Below are positions 25,532 to 34,008 of a stretch of 52,097 nucleotides of DNA, piece by piece. The notes below the pieces were generated by a model. It was not told the origin of the DNA. It saw only the letters and a list, made by a program, of their open reading frames with translations, and made no database searches. The DNA comes from a virus. Lineage: Duplodnaviria; Caudoviricetes. The stretch is from positions 1 through 52,097 of the IMG/VR virus record IMGVR_UViG_3300049847_000386; one strand, 5' to 3'. The stretch's first letter is position 1; every line of letters begins with the position of its first letter. Both the position numbers and the translations under genes were made by a program.

Positions 25532-26112
25532 GGGATCGGCGTGAATTTGCCCGGGCTGGCGATGGCGATGTGGGCGATCAGGCCCCGGAACTCCTGAGCG
25601 ATGCGGTGGTAGTCGTCCACCGTCCGCTTGCAGGCTTGCACCGCCTTGATCTTCAGCAGCGCAGCGGTCCCATCCCCGTGGATGCGGTCAACGGCCAGCT
25701 CGTGCTCCAGCATCTTGCCGCCCTGCCACCTGTTGCACCCGCCGCACTGCGCGTGGATGTTCTTCGGGTCGAACAGCGTGGCCTCCTTCGCCCGGGTGAT
25801 GAAGTGCCCCGCGTCCATCGCCTTCCAATGGGCAGGCCGCCCGCAGGTGACGCAGGCGCACATGCCCTTCTCGTCTGCGTCCCGCAGGCGGATGTACTTG
25901 CTGCACTCCACCCAGGCCTTCGCCTTGGCCTTCGCCCGGTCCTCGTTCTTCGCCGTGGCCGTTCCGCCGTAGATGGCATCCCGGATCCGCTGGGTCTGCT
26001 TGTCCTGCTTCGCGCGCAGCTCCTCGGCGCTGATCTTCAGTGTGCCGTTCGGATTGCGCTTGCCCGCCTGGATCTCGGCGATGCGCTTCTTGCTCATTGG
26101 GGGAAGGCTCAT
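25528..26112 (-). CDS. ninG: NinG/Rap-family nuclease
   Basis: YIRLRD, CVTCG, DAGHF, NIHAQCGGCN. Confidence 0.85.
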   Translation of the reverse strand: MSLPPMSKKRIAEIQAGKRNPNGTLKISAEELRAKQDKQTQRIRDAIYGGTATAKNEDRAKAKAKAWVECSKYIRLRDADEKGMCACVTCGRPAHWKAMDAGHFITRAKEATLFDPKNIHAQCGGCNRWQGGKMLEHELAVDRIHGDGTAALLKIKAVQACKRTVDDYHRIAQEFRGLIAHIAIASPGKFTPIP

Positions 26113-26843
26113 GGCTGGGTGGCGGGTTTGTCTTCGATTGCCTTCTGCTGCGCCTGTTTGATCAGGCCCCTGCGTCCAGCTTCGCGCAAGATAACCGAAC
26201 GCTCGGCTGCGCTGCCATGGACCGCGTAGGCTTCGCGCAGCTGCTCGTCGGTCATGCTGCCCACGTGCCGGGTGAGGCGTTCAACGCGGGCACTCAGCTC
26301 CTCGGCAGCGCGGCGCTCCTTCGCCTCGATGCTTGCCGCCTTCGCAGCCTCCAGAAGCCCCGGGGTGTTCCCCAGCGATTGCATCATGGCCTGCTCCTGC
26401 TCGTGCGATTCGCGCTCGGCCAGCTGCTCCCGCTCGGCGACCTTCCGATCCATGTACCGGCGCCACCAGGCCATCACCCGGGGCAGGTCCACACTTGCGA
26501 AATACTCCCCGCCATCCAGCTCTCCCCCAGCGGCCTGCCGCATGAACACCGCCACGTCGGCAAGGCTCTCGTGCGGATAGTCCTGCAGGATGCGCTCGGC
26601 AAAGACGGTCACCTGCGGGCCGTTCAGGCGGCGCCCCGGGGCGAACAGCTCCATGCCCAAGGTCACCACCGCGGTGATCGCCACCCCGATCTGGGCTTGG
26701 CCGTTGGCCCTGGTGAGCTGGCGGATGGTTGGCGCGGCCAGCGCATCGCTGATCGTTCGGCAGGCCAGCGCTTGAGGCTGGGCCGCCTCAATTGCCAAAG
26801 CGGGCACGTGCGGCCTCGAGGACTGAAGCGCGGTATTGCTCAT
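26109..26843 (-). CDS. Replication-associated hypothetical protein (possible helicase loader)
   Basis: Start MSNTALQ; directly downstream of the initiator. Function is inferred from position only. Confidence 0.55.
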   Translation of the reverse strand: MSNTALQSSRPHVPALAIEAAQPQALACRTISDALAAPTIRQLTRANGQAQIGVAITAVVTLGMELFAPGRRLNGPQVTVFAERILQDYPHESLADVAVFMRQAAGGELDGGEYFASVDLPRVMAWWRRYMDRKVAEREQLAERESHEQEQAMMQSLGNTPGLLEAAKAASIEAKERRAAEELSARVERLTRHVGSMTDEQLREAYAVHGSAAERSVILREAGRRGLIKQAQQKAIEDKPATQP

Positions 26844-27648
26844 CGGATTGGGTTTTGGGGTTCGTGGTTCTCTTGGCCATGGCATCGGCGCGGATTTTAG
26901 CAACCCAGCGCAGCAGGTAGCCTACGTTCGTTGAGTTGCGGCCGTGGAATTCATCGGCGGTGGCAAAGTCAATCAGGGCCTTGGCGCTCTCCAGCGGGTC
27001 GAAGGTCGGGCGTTCCTTCGCCAGCTTACGCAGCAGGTTGTGGGCATCGTAGCGGTTCTGCTTCTGGCTCCCGTCGAGGCTCTTGGCGATGTCACGCTCC
27101 ACCAGTCGGGCGGTCAGATGATCGATTACGGCCTGCACGTTCGGGTCGCGCCGGTCGCTTGGGGGCGGGGTCTTCCCAGCCGGAAGGTCAAGGGGGAGCT
27201 CGGCCACTGGCCGTTCACCTTCAGGTGAACTTTCATTCTTCCCTTCTTTCTTTCTTTCCTTCTTTAAGTGCTGTTGCTGGCCTGTTGATCGTCTGTTGCT
27301 GGCCTGTTGATCGTCTGTTGCTGGCCTGTTACCAGCGCCCTGCCAATCGCGCCACTTTACCACTGTTATCAAGCGGTACGCGTTGGTCGAGGTGTCTGTT
27401 ATTTCGCCTGTTGATGAGAGCTTCTTTAGCGCGGTCCTCGTCTGTTGCATGCTAAGTCCCGCGCCAGCGCTAAGATTTGGCAGGGATGTGGGTAGCTGGC
27501 CCGGTTGCAAGTCCACCCCTTGCCACCGCCCGGACTGGTACCTGCAGTTGAGCAGGATGTGGATGAACAATACGCGGACGGCAAGGTCGCCGTACCATTC
27601 CCACGAAAGTATCGCGCGGTTCAGTTTGATGTAATCGCCATCAGCCAT
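26788..27648 (-). CDS. Replication initiator / replisome organizer
   Basis: YIKLNRAILSWEWY N-terminal winged-helix pattern; internal iterons followed by a KKERKKE linker. Confidence 0.8.
   Translation of the reverse strand: MADGDYIKLNRAILSWEWYGDLAVRVLFIHILLNCRYQSGRWQGVDLQPGQLPTSLPNLSAGAGLSMQQTRTALKKLSSTGEITDTSTNAYRLITVVKWRDWQGAGNRPATDDQQASNRRSTGQQQHLKKERKKEGKNESSPEGERPVAELPLDLPAGKTPPPSDRRDPNVQAVIDHLTARLVERDIAKSLDGSQKQNRYDAHNLLRKLAKERPTFDPLESAKALIDFATADEFHGRNSTNVGYLLRWVAKIRADAMAKRTTNPKTQSDEQYRASVLEAARARFGN
27230..27330. other. Putative replication origin (iterons plus pyrimidine/AT-rich tract)
   Basis: CTGTTGCTGGCCTGTTGATCGT about 2.7 times at 27271-27330 (11-bp CTGTT periodicity) next to a CT-rich tract, inside the initiator gene as in lambdoid phages. 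Confidence 0.7.
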
Positions 27649-28192
27649 TGTACCTCGCTCCTTTGGCCATGTTGCAGGGTGCACACATGGGCTGAAGATT
27701 GTCTCGATGGTTGCCGCCTCCCCGCGAGACCGGCCGGATGTGATCCACTTGCAGGCGTTCGGCCGAACCACAGGCAGCGCACCGGCCTCCATTGGATTCA
27801 AGTACATCTCGCCTAAGCGCAGATGGTATTGGGCGCCTATTGGACCGCCGTTCCTCGCCTACGCGTTCAGCGATGTCGCTGACGACCATTTGGAATGGAA
27901 CCGGGCACGACTTGAAGTAGGCCGGGACGACGATTTCACGAAGCGCATCGTGGCTGATGTGAACGCCATTGATACAGACGTGCGGCCATGATTCATGGAT
28001 CAGCGCTCCAGTGATATCGCAATTATACCACTGATCAACCACAATTGCGTCGCCGTTCATGACCTCGACAGAATGGCTGTAGCTCATCGTTTCAAAAAAG
28101 GACACCCCGGAGCAACCCAACTCGGCAACAGCCAGTGTCCGCTGGCTATGCTCGGGCGTTGGGCGCCCCGGGGTGGTGGGTTGTGTGGACAT
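27641..28192 (-). CDS. HNH endonuclease-domain protein (alternative start 28087)
   Basis: CAACG...LQVDHIRPVSRGGGNHRDNLQPMCAPCN. Confidence 0.88.
   Translation of the reverse strand: MSTQPTTPGRPTPEHSQRTLAVAELGCSGVSFFETMSYSHSVEVMNGDAIVVDQWYNCDITGALIHESWPHVCINGVHISHDALREIVVPAYFKSCPVPFQMVVSDIAERVGEERRSNRRPIPSALRRDVLESNGGRCAACGSAERLQVDHIRPVSRGGGNHRDNLQPMCAPCNMAKGARYNG
28103..28175. repeat. Long imperfect hairpin with AAC...GTT cores (attC-like site C)
   Basis: CACCCCGG..CCCAAC / GTTGGG..CCGGGGTG outer arms and AGCCAG / CTGGCT inner arms. Confidence 0.5.
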
Positions 28193-28220
28193 GATCGCAG
28201 TCGGACACCTGCGGGGCGTT

Positions 28221-28970
28221 TCAGCCTTCTGGTTGCAATAGTACGTCTTCGGCGGCAGACTTTACCTCCTCGACCTGTTCGGGGCTCGCAGTGGCCAAGA
28301 ACGCGCGGATTTCGGCCAGCTTCTCCGCGAGCTGGTTGGAGAACTGCGTGACCTTGGAGGATAGCAGCTGCAGGTACTCCTCGTCGCGGTGGACCCGGAT
28401 CACCACCACTCGCATCGCGGCGGGGAAGCGCGGGTCGTAGCTCACGAAGTCGCACCATGCTCGGCCTGCGACCCACATCTGGCCGTGGACCTGCTCCACG
28501 TATTCCTCGGGGAGCTGGTGCGAAAGCCATGTCTTCAGGTGGGTCTTGGATTCCGGGCACTTCACCTCCAGCAGGCCGGGGCCTTCCTCGTCCTCCTCGA
28601 TGAAGCCGTCCGGGGTCGCAGCGACCAGGTCGTGGTCCCGGAGCAGGAGGCGCCCAGGCTCAACGATGCAGAACTTGGTGGAGGCGTACGCATCGATGGC
28701 GTCAGCCTCCAAGTCCACGCCGCGGTCCATGGCCGCGCTCTTTCCGCCTACGCGGACCTCACCGGTGATTGCCGAGGCCAGCGTCTCGAGCATGTACCCA
28801 AGCGCGGTCTCGCTCAATAGGCCAGCCTCCTTGGCGGCCTTCGACCTTGGCTCGGACATGATGTCGCCGAAGCGCGAGGCCGTCACTCTGCCCACTCGGG
28901 CCTTCTTCCACGTGTCGGTCCCGTAGCCCGGGCCCTCGGTGGTGAACGGGGGGATGTAGATGGTGCTCAT
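28221..28970 (-). CDS. YqaJ / lambda-exonuclease family
   Basis: WKKARVGRVTAS, ATPDG, EVKCP, QVHGQM, CDFVSYDPR. Confidence 0.92.
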   Translation of the reverse strand: MSTIYIPPFTTEGPGYGTDTWKKARVGRVTASRFGDIMSEPRSKAAKEAGLLSETALGYMLETLASAITGEVRVGGKSAAMDRGVDLEADAIDAYASTKFCIVEPGRLLLRDHDLVAATPDGFIEEDEEGPGLLEVKCPESKTHLKTWLSHQLPEEYVEQVHGQMWVAGRAWCDFVSYDPRFPAAMRVVVIRVHRDEEYLQLLSSKVTQFSNQLAEKLAEIRAFLATASPEQVEEVKSAAEDVLLQPEG

Positions 28971-29101
28971 TTGAACAGGGGTTTGATGTGGTAAATCGCT
29001 CCACAGACCGCTCCGTAGACCGCGTTAGCCAGCACGACCATCCAGAAGCCTGGGGAGGTGTAAAGGCAGAATCGGCGAATGGCGCGGTGCTGGTCGCTCA
29101 T
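28967..29101 (-). CDS. Small hydrophobic protein (44 aa, not in the ORF track)
   Basis: MSDQHRAIRRFCLYTSPGFWMVVLANAVYGAVCGAIYHIKPLFK; start and stop overlap RecT and the exonuclease. Confidence 0.45.
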   Translation of the reverse strand: MSDQHRAIRRFCLYTSPGFWMVVLANAVYGAVCGAIYHIKPLFK

Positions 29102-30087
29102 CATGCCGGCTCGGATTGGCCCTCCATCATCAAGATCAGATCCTCCCAGAACTCCACGTTCTGGCGCCCGCTCATGGCCTCGTCCGCTGCCTTCTTACGC
29201 AGCGTAGCCTTGTCGGTTCCTTTGTAGGTGCCGAACAGCTCGCGCGCCCGGGCCTTGAGCATTTCCACCTGCTGCTCCACATCGTTCAACCCGGTCGCCG
29301 CAGGGGCCAGCTCGTAGCCCTTGTTATCCAGGTCCACGGCCTCGTAGAACTGCTGGGCCTTCTCCGTGCGGGGCACGTACTTCTGCAGGCGCTTCACGAG
29401 GCTCTTGCGGGCCATTTCGCCGGCCCAATCGGAATACACCGACCCAGCCTTGTTATCGCTCTTGCTCTGGATCTTCGCCAGCTCGTCCGCCCCCATGTGC
29501 TCGGGGATGCGGGTGCCATCCGCGAGGACCGCGAAGCCGTATACCCCGATCAGCTTTCCCCGCTGGCGGCCAAGGGTCCAGTAAGGTCGGTGCACCGTTG
29601 GGGCCTTCTGCACCAGGTCGAAGACGAACTCGTCACCCTGGTACACCTCGTGGACCTCGAAGTTGCGCACCGCGCCGCTGTCGGTGGCCAGCTTCATCAG
29701 CCCCATGTAGCTGGGCTCCACCATGGCCCGCTTCTCCCATGCGTCCCCGGTCTTGGTCTTGACCTTCACGTTGCGCGGGATCACGTAGCACAGCTTCAGG
29801 ACCGGGTTCAGGCTCAGGCCCGTGCTGGCGACGGATAACAGCACACCGTTTATGCTGTTCGGGGTGCATTCCTGCAGGGCCGGGACGTTGTGCGCCATGG
29901 CCAGCAGGTGGGTCGCCTCCTCGATGAAGCGCTCCTCGCTGCCAAAGAGCTTCACGCATCGCTCGCGCGCCTGCTCAAAGCGGTCCAGCGGGCTGGGCGC
30001 TGCTGGTGCCGAAGGGGCCGCCTTCGGGGTCGCGGCCACCTCAGAGGCCGGGTTGGTGCCCTGTTCGGGCTTCGTTGTTTGAGCCAT
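29101..30087 (-). CDS. recT: RecT-family single-strand annealing protein
   Basis: GLSLNP..CYVIP, SYMGLMKLA, VYQGDEF, EMARKSLVKRLQKYVP; adjacent to the exonuclease. Confidence 0.9.
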   Translation of the reverse strand: MAQTTKPEQGTNPASEVAATPKAAPSAPAAPSPLDRFEQARERCVKLFGSEERFIEEATHLLAMAHNVPALQECTPNSINGVLLSVASTGLSLNPVLKLCYVIPRNVKVKTKTGDAWEKRAMVEPSYMGLMKLATDSGAVRNFEVHEVYQGDEFVFDLVQKAPTVHRPYWTLGRQRGKLIGVYGFAVLADGTRIPEHMGADELAKIQSKSDNKAGSVYSDWAGEMARKSLVKRLQKYVPRTEKAQQFYEAVDLDNKGYELAPAATGLNDVEQQVEMLKARARELFGTYKGTDKATLRKKAADEAMSGRQNVEFWEDLILMMEGQSEPA

Positions 30088-30325
30088 TGCTCGTGTTGGG
30101 ATTATTGCCGTCCACATTGGCCGGACGGCGTGGCCTCGAATCGATTACTTGACAAGGTACGTCCAGTGTTGCGCCCGTTATCCTCCTCTGCATCGCGTTG
30201 AATATGCGAACCCTTTGAGGCCTGCCGCTGGGCAGCAGACCCTGGGCGATAGCCCAGCTTCGCAGGTAGTAGTTCCGGTCCTTCGCCCCGGGGCGCTCGG
30301 TCCAGTCGTAGTAGTAGCCGGTCAT
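30041..30325 (-). CDS. Hypothetical protein
   Basis: 94 aa, start coupled to the HTH gene stop. Confidence 0.45.
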   Translation of the reverse strand: MTGYYYDWTERPGAKDRNYYLRSWAIAQGLLPSGRPQRVRIFNAMQRRITGATLDVPCQVIDSRPRRPANVDGNNPNTSNGSNNEARTGHQPGL

Positions 30326-30570
30326 CCCGCCAGCAGCTCATCGGAGGAAACCGCAAGCACCGCAGCCAGCCGAAGCAGGCGCCCGGGCGTGATCTGCCCG
30401 AAGGCGTGGCCGTTGTCCCATCGGGAGAGCAGCGCCTCCTTTCGGCTCTTGGAGAGCAGGGCGCCGCGCTCGTCGGCGAAGACGGCGTCAGCGATCTCCA
30501 CGTTGGTGATCCTGACGCCGCGCTTCGCCTCCAGTGCTTCACGCGCCTCGGTTATCCGTAGGCGCTCCAT
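30322..30570 (-). CDS. XRE/Cro-like HTH regulator
   Basis: Start MERLRIT; TNVEIADAV...LSRWDNG...LLRLAAVLAVSSDELL. Confidence 0.75.
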   Translation of the reverse strand: MERLRITEAREALEAKRGVRITNVEIADAVFADERGALLSKSRKEALLSRWDNGHAFGQITPGRLLRLAAVLAVSSDELLAG

Positions 30571-31106
30571 CACTTCGCGCTCGCGGCGTTGAAGCTGAAC
30601 AGGGCGCCGTCCTTCACGAACCGGGAGGCGGTGCCCTTCTTCTTGTACTCGGTCATCATGGCCGAGTACAGGGTCGCGTCCGGGGTCTTGCCCTTGAGGC
30701 TCGTGCCCAGACCGCGCTTGGCGATGGCGGCCACGATGTCCTTGGCCTTCATAGGCTCCTTGGCCTCGCGCAGGACCAGCGCGGCGGCGGACAGGCCCGA
30801 CAATGCACCTTCGCTGGCGGTGGCCTTCTTCGCGGCCTTGTCCTCCCGGATGAAGCGGGCTACTTTGGTGCCGATGTCCTCGGCCTTCTTCGTGGTCTTC
30901 TTCTTCGACATGGTGTTGGGGGTTGTGGCCACTCCCGTGGCCGGGTTTGCGTTGGAATCTTCTCGCAGGAAGAACGCCCTGCATGCGATGTGCGCGTGGG
31001 TCGGTGCGATCCCAAACAGGACTGCGACCTTCTGGTAGGCTTCGTGCTCGCTGGGGGCCTTCACCACCGTGCGGCTGTTCTTGTAGTAGACGGCGTAGCG
31101 GTTCAT
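30570..31106 (-). CDS. HARE-HTH winged-helix protein (alternative start 30911)
   Basis: AAALVLREAKEPMKAKDI...GKTPDATLYS...SRFVK..F signature. Confidence 0.75.
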   Translation of the reverse strand: MNRYAVYYKNSRTVVKAPSEHEAYQKVAVLFGIAPTHAHIACRAFFLREDSNANPATGVATTPNTMSKKKTTKKAEDIGTKVARFIREDKAAKKATASEGALSGLSAAALVLREAKEPMKAKDIVAAIAKRGLGTSLKGKTPDATLYSAMMTEYKKKGTASRFVKDGALFSFNAASAK

Positions 31107-31109
31107 GGC

Positions 31110-31301
31110 TCAGATGGCGTATTTCGTGATCAAAGCCTGAAGCTCCTTGGTGAAGCTGTCTACGTCCGCCCCGCTGATCCAGCAGAGCGTTGTTGGATCG
31201 CAGATGCGAACCTCGGTGTCGAAGCCCCCGTCCGGGGAGGCAAACTCGATCTCGGTGGCGAGCCCTTGGGTGCCGACCGTCTTGTACTTGTAGCGTCCCA
31301 T
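31110..31301 (-). CDS. Hypothetical protein
   Basis: 63 aa from MGRYKY. Confidence 0.55.
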   Translation of the reverse strand: MGRYKYKTVGTQGLATEIEFASPDGGFDTEVRICDPTTLCWISGADVDSFTKELQALITKYAI

Positions 31302-31306
31302 GGCGA

Positions 31307-31654
31307 TCAGGCGTTTGCGCAGGCTTCGATGATATCCACATCCATCCCCTCGTACTCCCCCGCCATGCGCCGATCGGCGCAGTAGGGGTCGCCATCGGCA
31401 ATCCCGAGAAAGCGCTCCACCTCCTGCCAATTCTCCTCGTCCGATGCGCCACCGGCATCCAGCAGCTCAAGCACGTGGTCGCTGTTCATCTGGGCCAGCT
31501 CCAGCACTCGCTTGGCAGTGCGTTCGCCCACAGCGATGCGGATGTCGCGGCACATCGTGCAGTTTGGGTGCGCCTCGATGTGGAGCGGGTCGCCCCAGCC
31601 GTGGCCCCGCATGGCCGCCATCAGCAGGCCTTCGTTGATTTCAGTCGCAGTCAT
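31307..31654 (-). CDS. Hypothetical acidic protein, first gene after the repeated promoter
   Basis: 115 aa from MTATEIN. Confidence 0.6.
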   Translation of the reverse strand: MTATEINEGLLMAAMRGHGWGDPLHIEAHPNCTMCRDIRIAVGERTAKRVLELAQMNSDHVLELLDAGGASDEENWQEVERFLGIADGDPYCADRRMAGEYEGMDVDIIEACANA

Positions 31655-31670
31655 GGTCGCGTTGTTTTTG

Positions 31671-31743
31671 GGTTCAATCACGGCCCAAACGTAATCCATT
31701 GTCTTTCACCCCGGCGAAAGAAATGCAGAAATGTGACGAACGG
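31671..31743 (-). promoter_or_regulatory. Early promoter/operator block, copy 1
   Basis: TACGTTTG at 31686-31693 and palindrome at 31703-31720; lies at the boundary between the lysis and early modules. Confidence 0.75.
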
Positions 31744-31747
31744 AGGG

Positions 31748-32128
31748 CTACCGGGAGCCAAGCAGGACGCCCAGCACGAAGGCGCCCACGGCTATCCACG
31801 GCCCTTTGCGGGCCTTTCTGCGGTCAGCGGCGTATAGGTCGCCGTACTGGCCCCGAAGGGCCTGAAGGTCTCCTTTGCAGCCGTCCCAGCCCGTCTGCTG
31901 CTCCTGTATGGTGACAAGCCTGGATGCCGCAAGGCGGGCGCAGGAATCGGCCTCCTCTCGCTTCACTGCCCACAGCACCCCGTAGTCCTTGGCCACCTCC
32001 TCGGTGACCAGCTTCACGGTGTGCCAGTGGTTCAGCGTGTCAACGGGCAGCAGCAGTGTCGAAACGGACTGCGACCACGCCCATGTAGCGCCACTTGTCA
32101 GAAACAGGAAGATGGCGAGACGCTTCAC
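31748..32128 (-). CDS. Spanin-like protein (signal peptide, coiled coil, C-terminal TM)
   Basis: Last gene of the lysis block, overlapping the upstream spanin-like gene; no lipobox Cys. Confidence 0.5.
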   Translation of the reverse strand: MKRLAIFLFLTSGATWAWSQSVSTLLLPVDTLNHWHTVKLVTEEVAKDYGVLWAVKREEADSCARLAASRLVTIQEQQTGWDGCKGDLQALRGQYGDLYAADRRKARKGPWIAVGAFVLGVLLGSR

Positions 32129-32393
32129 GGAGCCGAATGTAAGGGTCCTCGCGCATCAGAATGTCGGCCAGCACGCTGTCGTGGTACTGGCGCATGCTGT
32201 CGATGGCGTCCTCGGTCCTGCGGTCCACCACCTGTAGCCGATGGTCGATCACAGCCCGGAGGCTATCCGCGCGGCGATCCGCCCGAGCCCATCCGTCCTG
32301 CGCGTCCACCCGCGTGCGGCGCTCGGATAGCAGGAGCATGATCGCGGCGACCAGCAGCACGATTAGCGCCCTCGATACCCATGGGCTGGTCAT
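32040..32393 (-). CDS. Inner-membrane spanin-like protein
   Basis: N-terminal TM followed by a helical region; downstream of the endolysin. Confidence 0.55.
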   Translation of the reverse strand: MTSPWVSRALIVLLVAAIMLLLSERRTRVDAQDGWARADRRADSLRAVIDHRLQVVDRRTEDAIDSMRQYHDSVLADILMREDPYIRLREASRHLPVSDKWRYMGVVAVRFDTAAAR

Positions 32394-32397
32394 GGGT

Positions 32398-32676
32398 TCA
32401 TCGAATGTTGTTTGCTGATCGGACTTCTTTCAACTCGGAAATTGACAGCTGCAGACTTTTGATCGAGGCATTCAGATCAAGGCCCACTTGGCGCACCGGA
32501 CCAGTGGCATCTTGTGGCAAGCCACTGCTCAATTGAAGCCAATCGGCTTGAGCCCTCTGCAGGTCGCCGAGTGCCTTTTGCATGTTTGCAACCTGAGTGT
32601 TCATCCACCGATCAAGCCGCATACCGTTTGGCCCTTCGGTGATCATCGCCTTGCCGCCTTTGAATTGAAGTGCCAT
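32398..32676 (-). CDS. Small helical protein, MALxFxGGxA family
   Basis: Begins MALQFKGGKA; inserted between the endolysin and spanin-like genes. Confidence 0.75.
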   Translation of the reverse strand: MALQFKGGKAMITEGPNGMRLDRWMNTQVANMQKALGDLQRAQADWLQLSSGLPQDATGPVRQVGLDLNASIKSLQLSISELKEVRSANNIR

Positions 32677-32679
32677 GGG

Positions 32680-33123
32680 TTATTCGATTTCGAAGTGAGG
32701 AAGGTCTTGGAACGTGCCCTGCTCGAGGAGGATGCCGTCGCGGTCGAAGTCGCCACCCCAGCGAACTTGCAGGCCCCGCGCCTGGGCAATTGCCCGAACA
32801 ACGCCAGCAAGGTAACACAGGCTCGGGACATGGTAGGGCTCCGAGCCCACCAGCGCAATGTCCAGCGCTCGGCTCTTGGGCATGCCTGGTCCGGTGATGT
32901 GCTTGGCGGCCTTGTACAGCTCGTCCAGCCTGCCCGTGTACGCGTCCGGGTTCACCCGGCTGTTCCCCGCCCGGAAATACTCCCGCTGCTGGGCGATGGT
33001 GCGGTCGGTCTGTACCACCCGCCAGTCGAACGGGGTCGCCTTCGCGGCCTCGCGCATGACATCCGCCAGCCGGTCGTCCAGCCGGGTCATCAGCTCGAGG
33101 CTCTTGGGGTCAAGGCTGGTCAT
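32680..33123 (-). CDS. Endolysin, M15 (L-Ala-D-Glu type) peptidase
   Basis: RTIAQQ, H...ALDI, WGGDF, DLPHFE. Confidence 0.88.
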   Translation of the reverse strand: MTSLDPKSLELMTRLDDRLADVMREAAKATPFDWRVVQTDRTIAQQREYFRAGNSRVNPDAYTGRLDELYKAAKHITGPGMPKSRALDIALVGSEPYHVPSLCYLAGVVRAIAQARGLQVRWGGDFDRDGILLEQGTFQDLPHFEIE

Positions 33124-33511
33124 TCGGGTCGGGCTTCTTCTTGAAGTAGGTCACCACCTTGTCGATCACCGGGCCGATGATGGGCAGGTTCGATAGCATA
33201 GGCAGCAGGTCCAGTGCGATGGATCCTCCGGTGAAGCCCACAAGCCCGCCGCATAGCACGGTGATCTTCTCCATAAGGTGCGGATACTTCACCGCGAATG
33301 AGGCGACAGCGGCCACCTCATTCGCAGCAACCACCGCATCCGGGATCACGTAGGCCAGCGCAGCAACCACCCAGACGGAATTGATCACCCCTGATAGTTC
33401 AGCGTGGATGAACTGGCGAACGCTCCACCCATCGTGTGCGAGGTACTTTTTGGCGAGGTATGAAAGCAGGCCCAGCACCACGGCCCAATAGAAGATGGCA
33501 GGGGCGATCAT
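33110..33511 (-). CDS. Holin-like membrane protein
   Basis: About three TM segments, directly upstream of the endolysin. Confidence 0.55.
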   Translation of the reverse strand: MIAPAIFYWAVVLGLLSYLAKKYLAHDGWSVRQFIHAELSGVINSVWVVAALAYVIPDAVVAANEVAAVASFAVKYPHLMEKITVLCGGLVGFTGGSIALDLLPMLSNLPIIGPVIDKVVTYFKKKPDPNDQP

Positions 33512-33780
33512 CGGGCGACGGGAAATAGGTTTTTGATGGCCTCGCCACCTGCAAGGCCGAAGGCCAGGGCCGCGGCGTTGGCATTCACACCAAGCTGTTC
33601 AGGCAGGAAGAACAGCACACAGGCCGCGGTCAGGCCAAGGCTCAACAGGGCATAACCGTAGTGCGCCTTGAACCATTGCCAAGCAGATGGACGTGCGGCC
33701 TCGGCCTTGCCCATGGTGGACCAGTGGAACACAAGCCCGCCAAGTGCGCAAGCGAAGTAGATATACAGCTGCAGGTTCAT
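33508..33780 (-). CDS. Holin-like membrane protein
   Basis: 90 aa with about three hydrophobic segments. Confidence 0.55.
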   Translation of the reverse strand: MNLQLYIYFACALGGLVFHWSTMGKAEAARPSAWQWFKAHYGYALLSLGLTAACVLFFLPEQLGVNANAAALAFGLAGGEAIKNLFPVAR

Positions 33781-34007
33781 GCTTTCTTGGGGGTTGGGTG
33801 TTTTGCCGGAATATGACCATCATCATCGTCGTCGATCTCCAGTAGCATCGAAACCCGCTGCCGGAACAGCAGGAATGATTGCCGGATGCCGGCAACGTCG
33901 GTTTCGAGGGCGTCGAACTTGGTGACCATGCGCGAAAGGAAGTAAGCGCAAACGCTCATCAGCACGGCGATCACCGAGAGGAGGATTGTGTTCAATTCGG
34001 GTTCCAT
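33777..34007 (-). CDS. Single-TM plus coiled-coil protein (holin/antiholin-like)
   Basis: MEPELNTILLSVIAVLMSVCAYFL followed by a short coiled coil. Confidence 0.55.
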   Translation of the reverse strand: MEPELNTILLSVIAVLMSVCAYFLSRMVTKFDALETDVAGIRQSFLLFRQRVSMLLEIDDDDDGHIPAKHPTPKKA

Positions 34008-34008
34008 T

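Noticed and set aside
27271-27330. CRISPR mini-array
   Set aside because: These are contiguous tandem repeats without spacers, located in the initiator gene.
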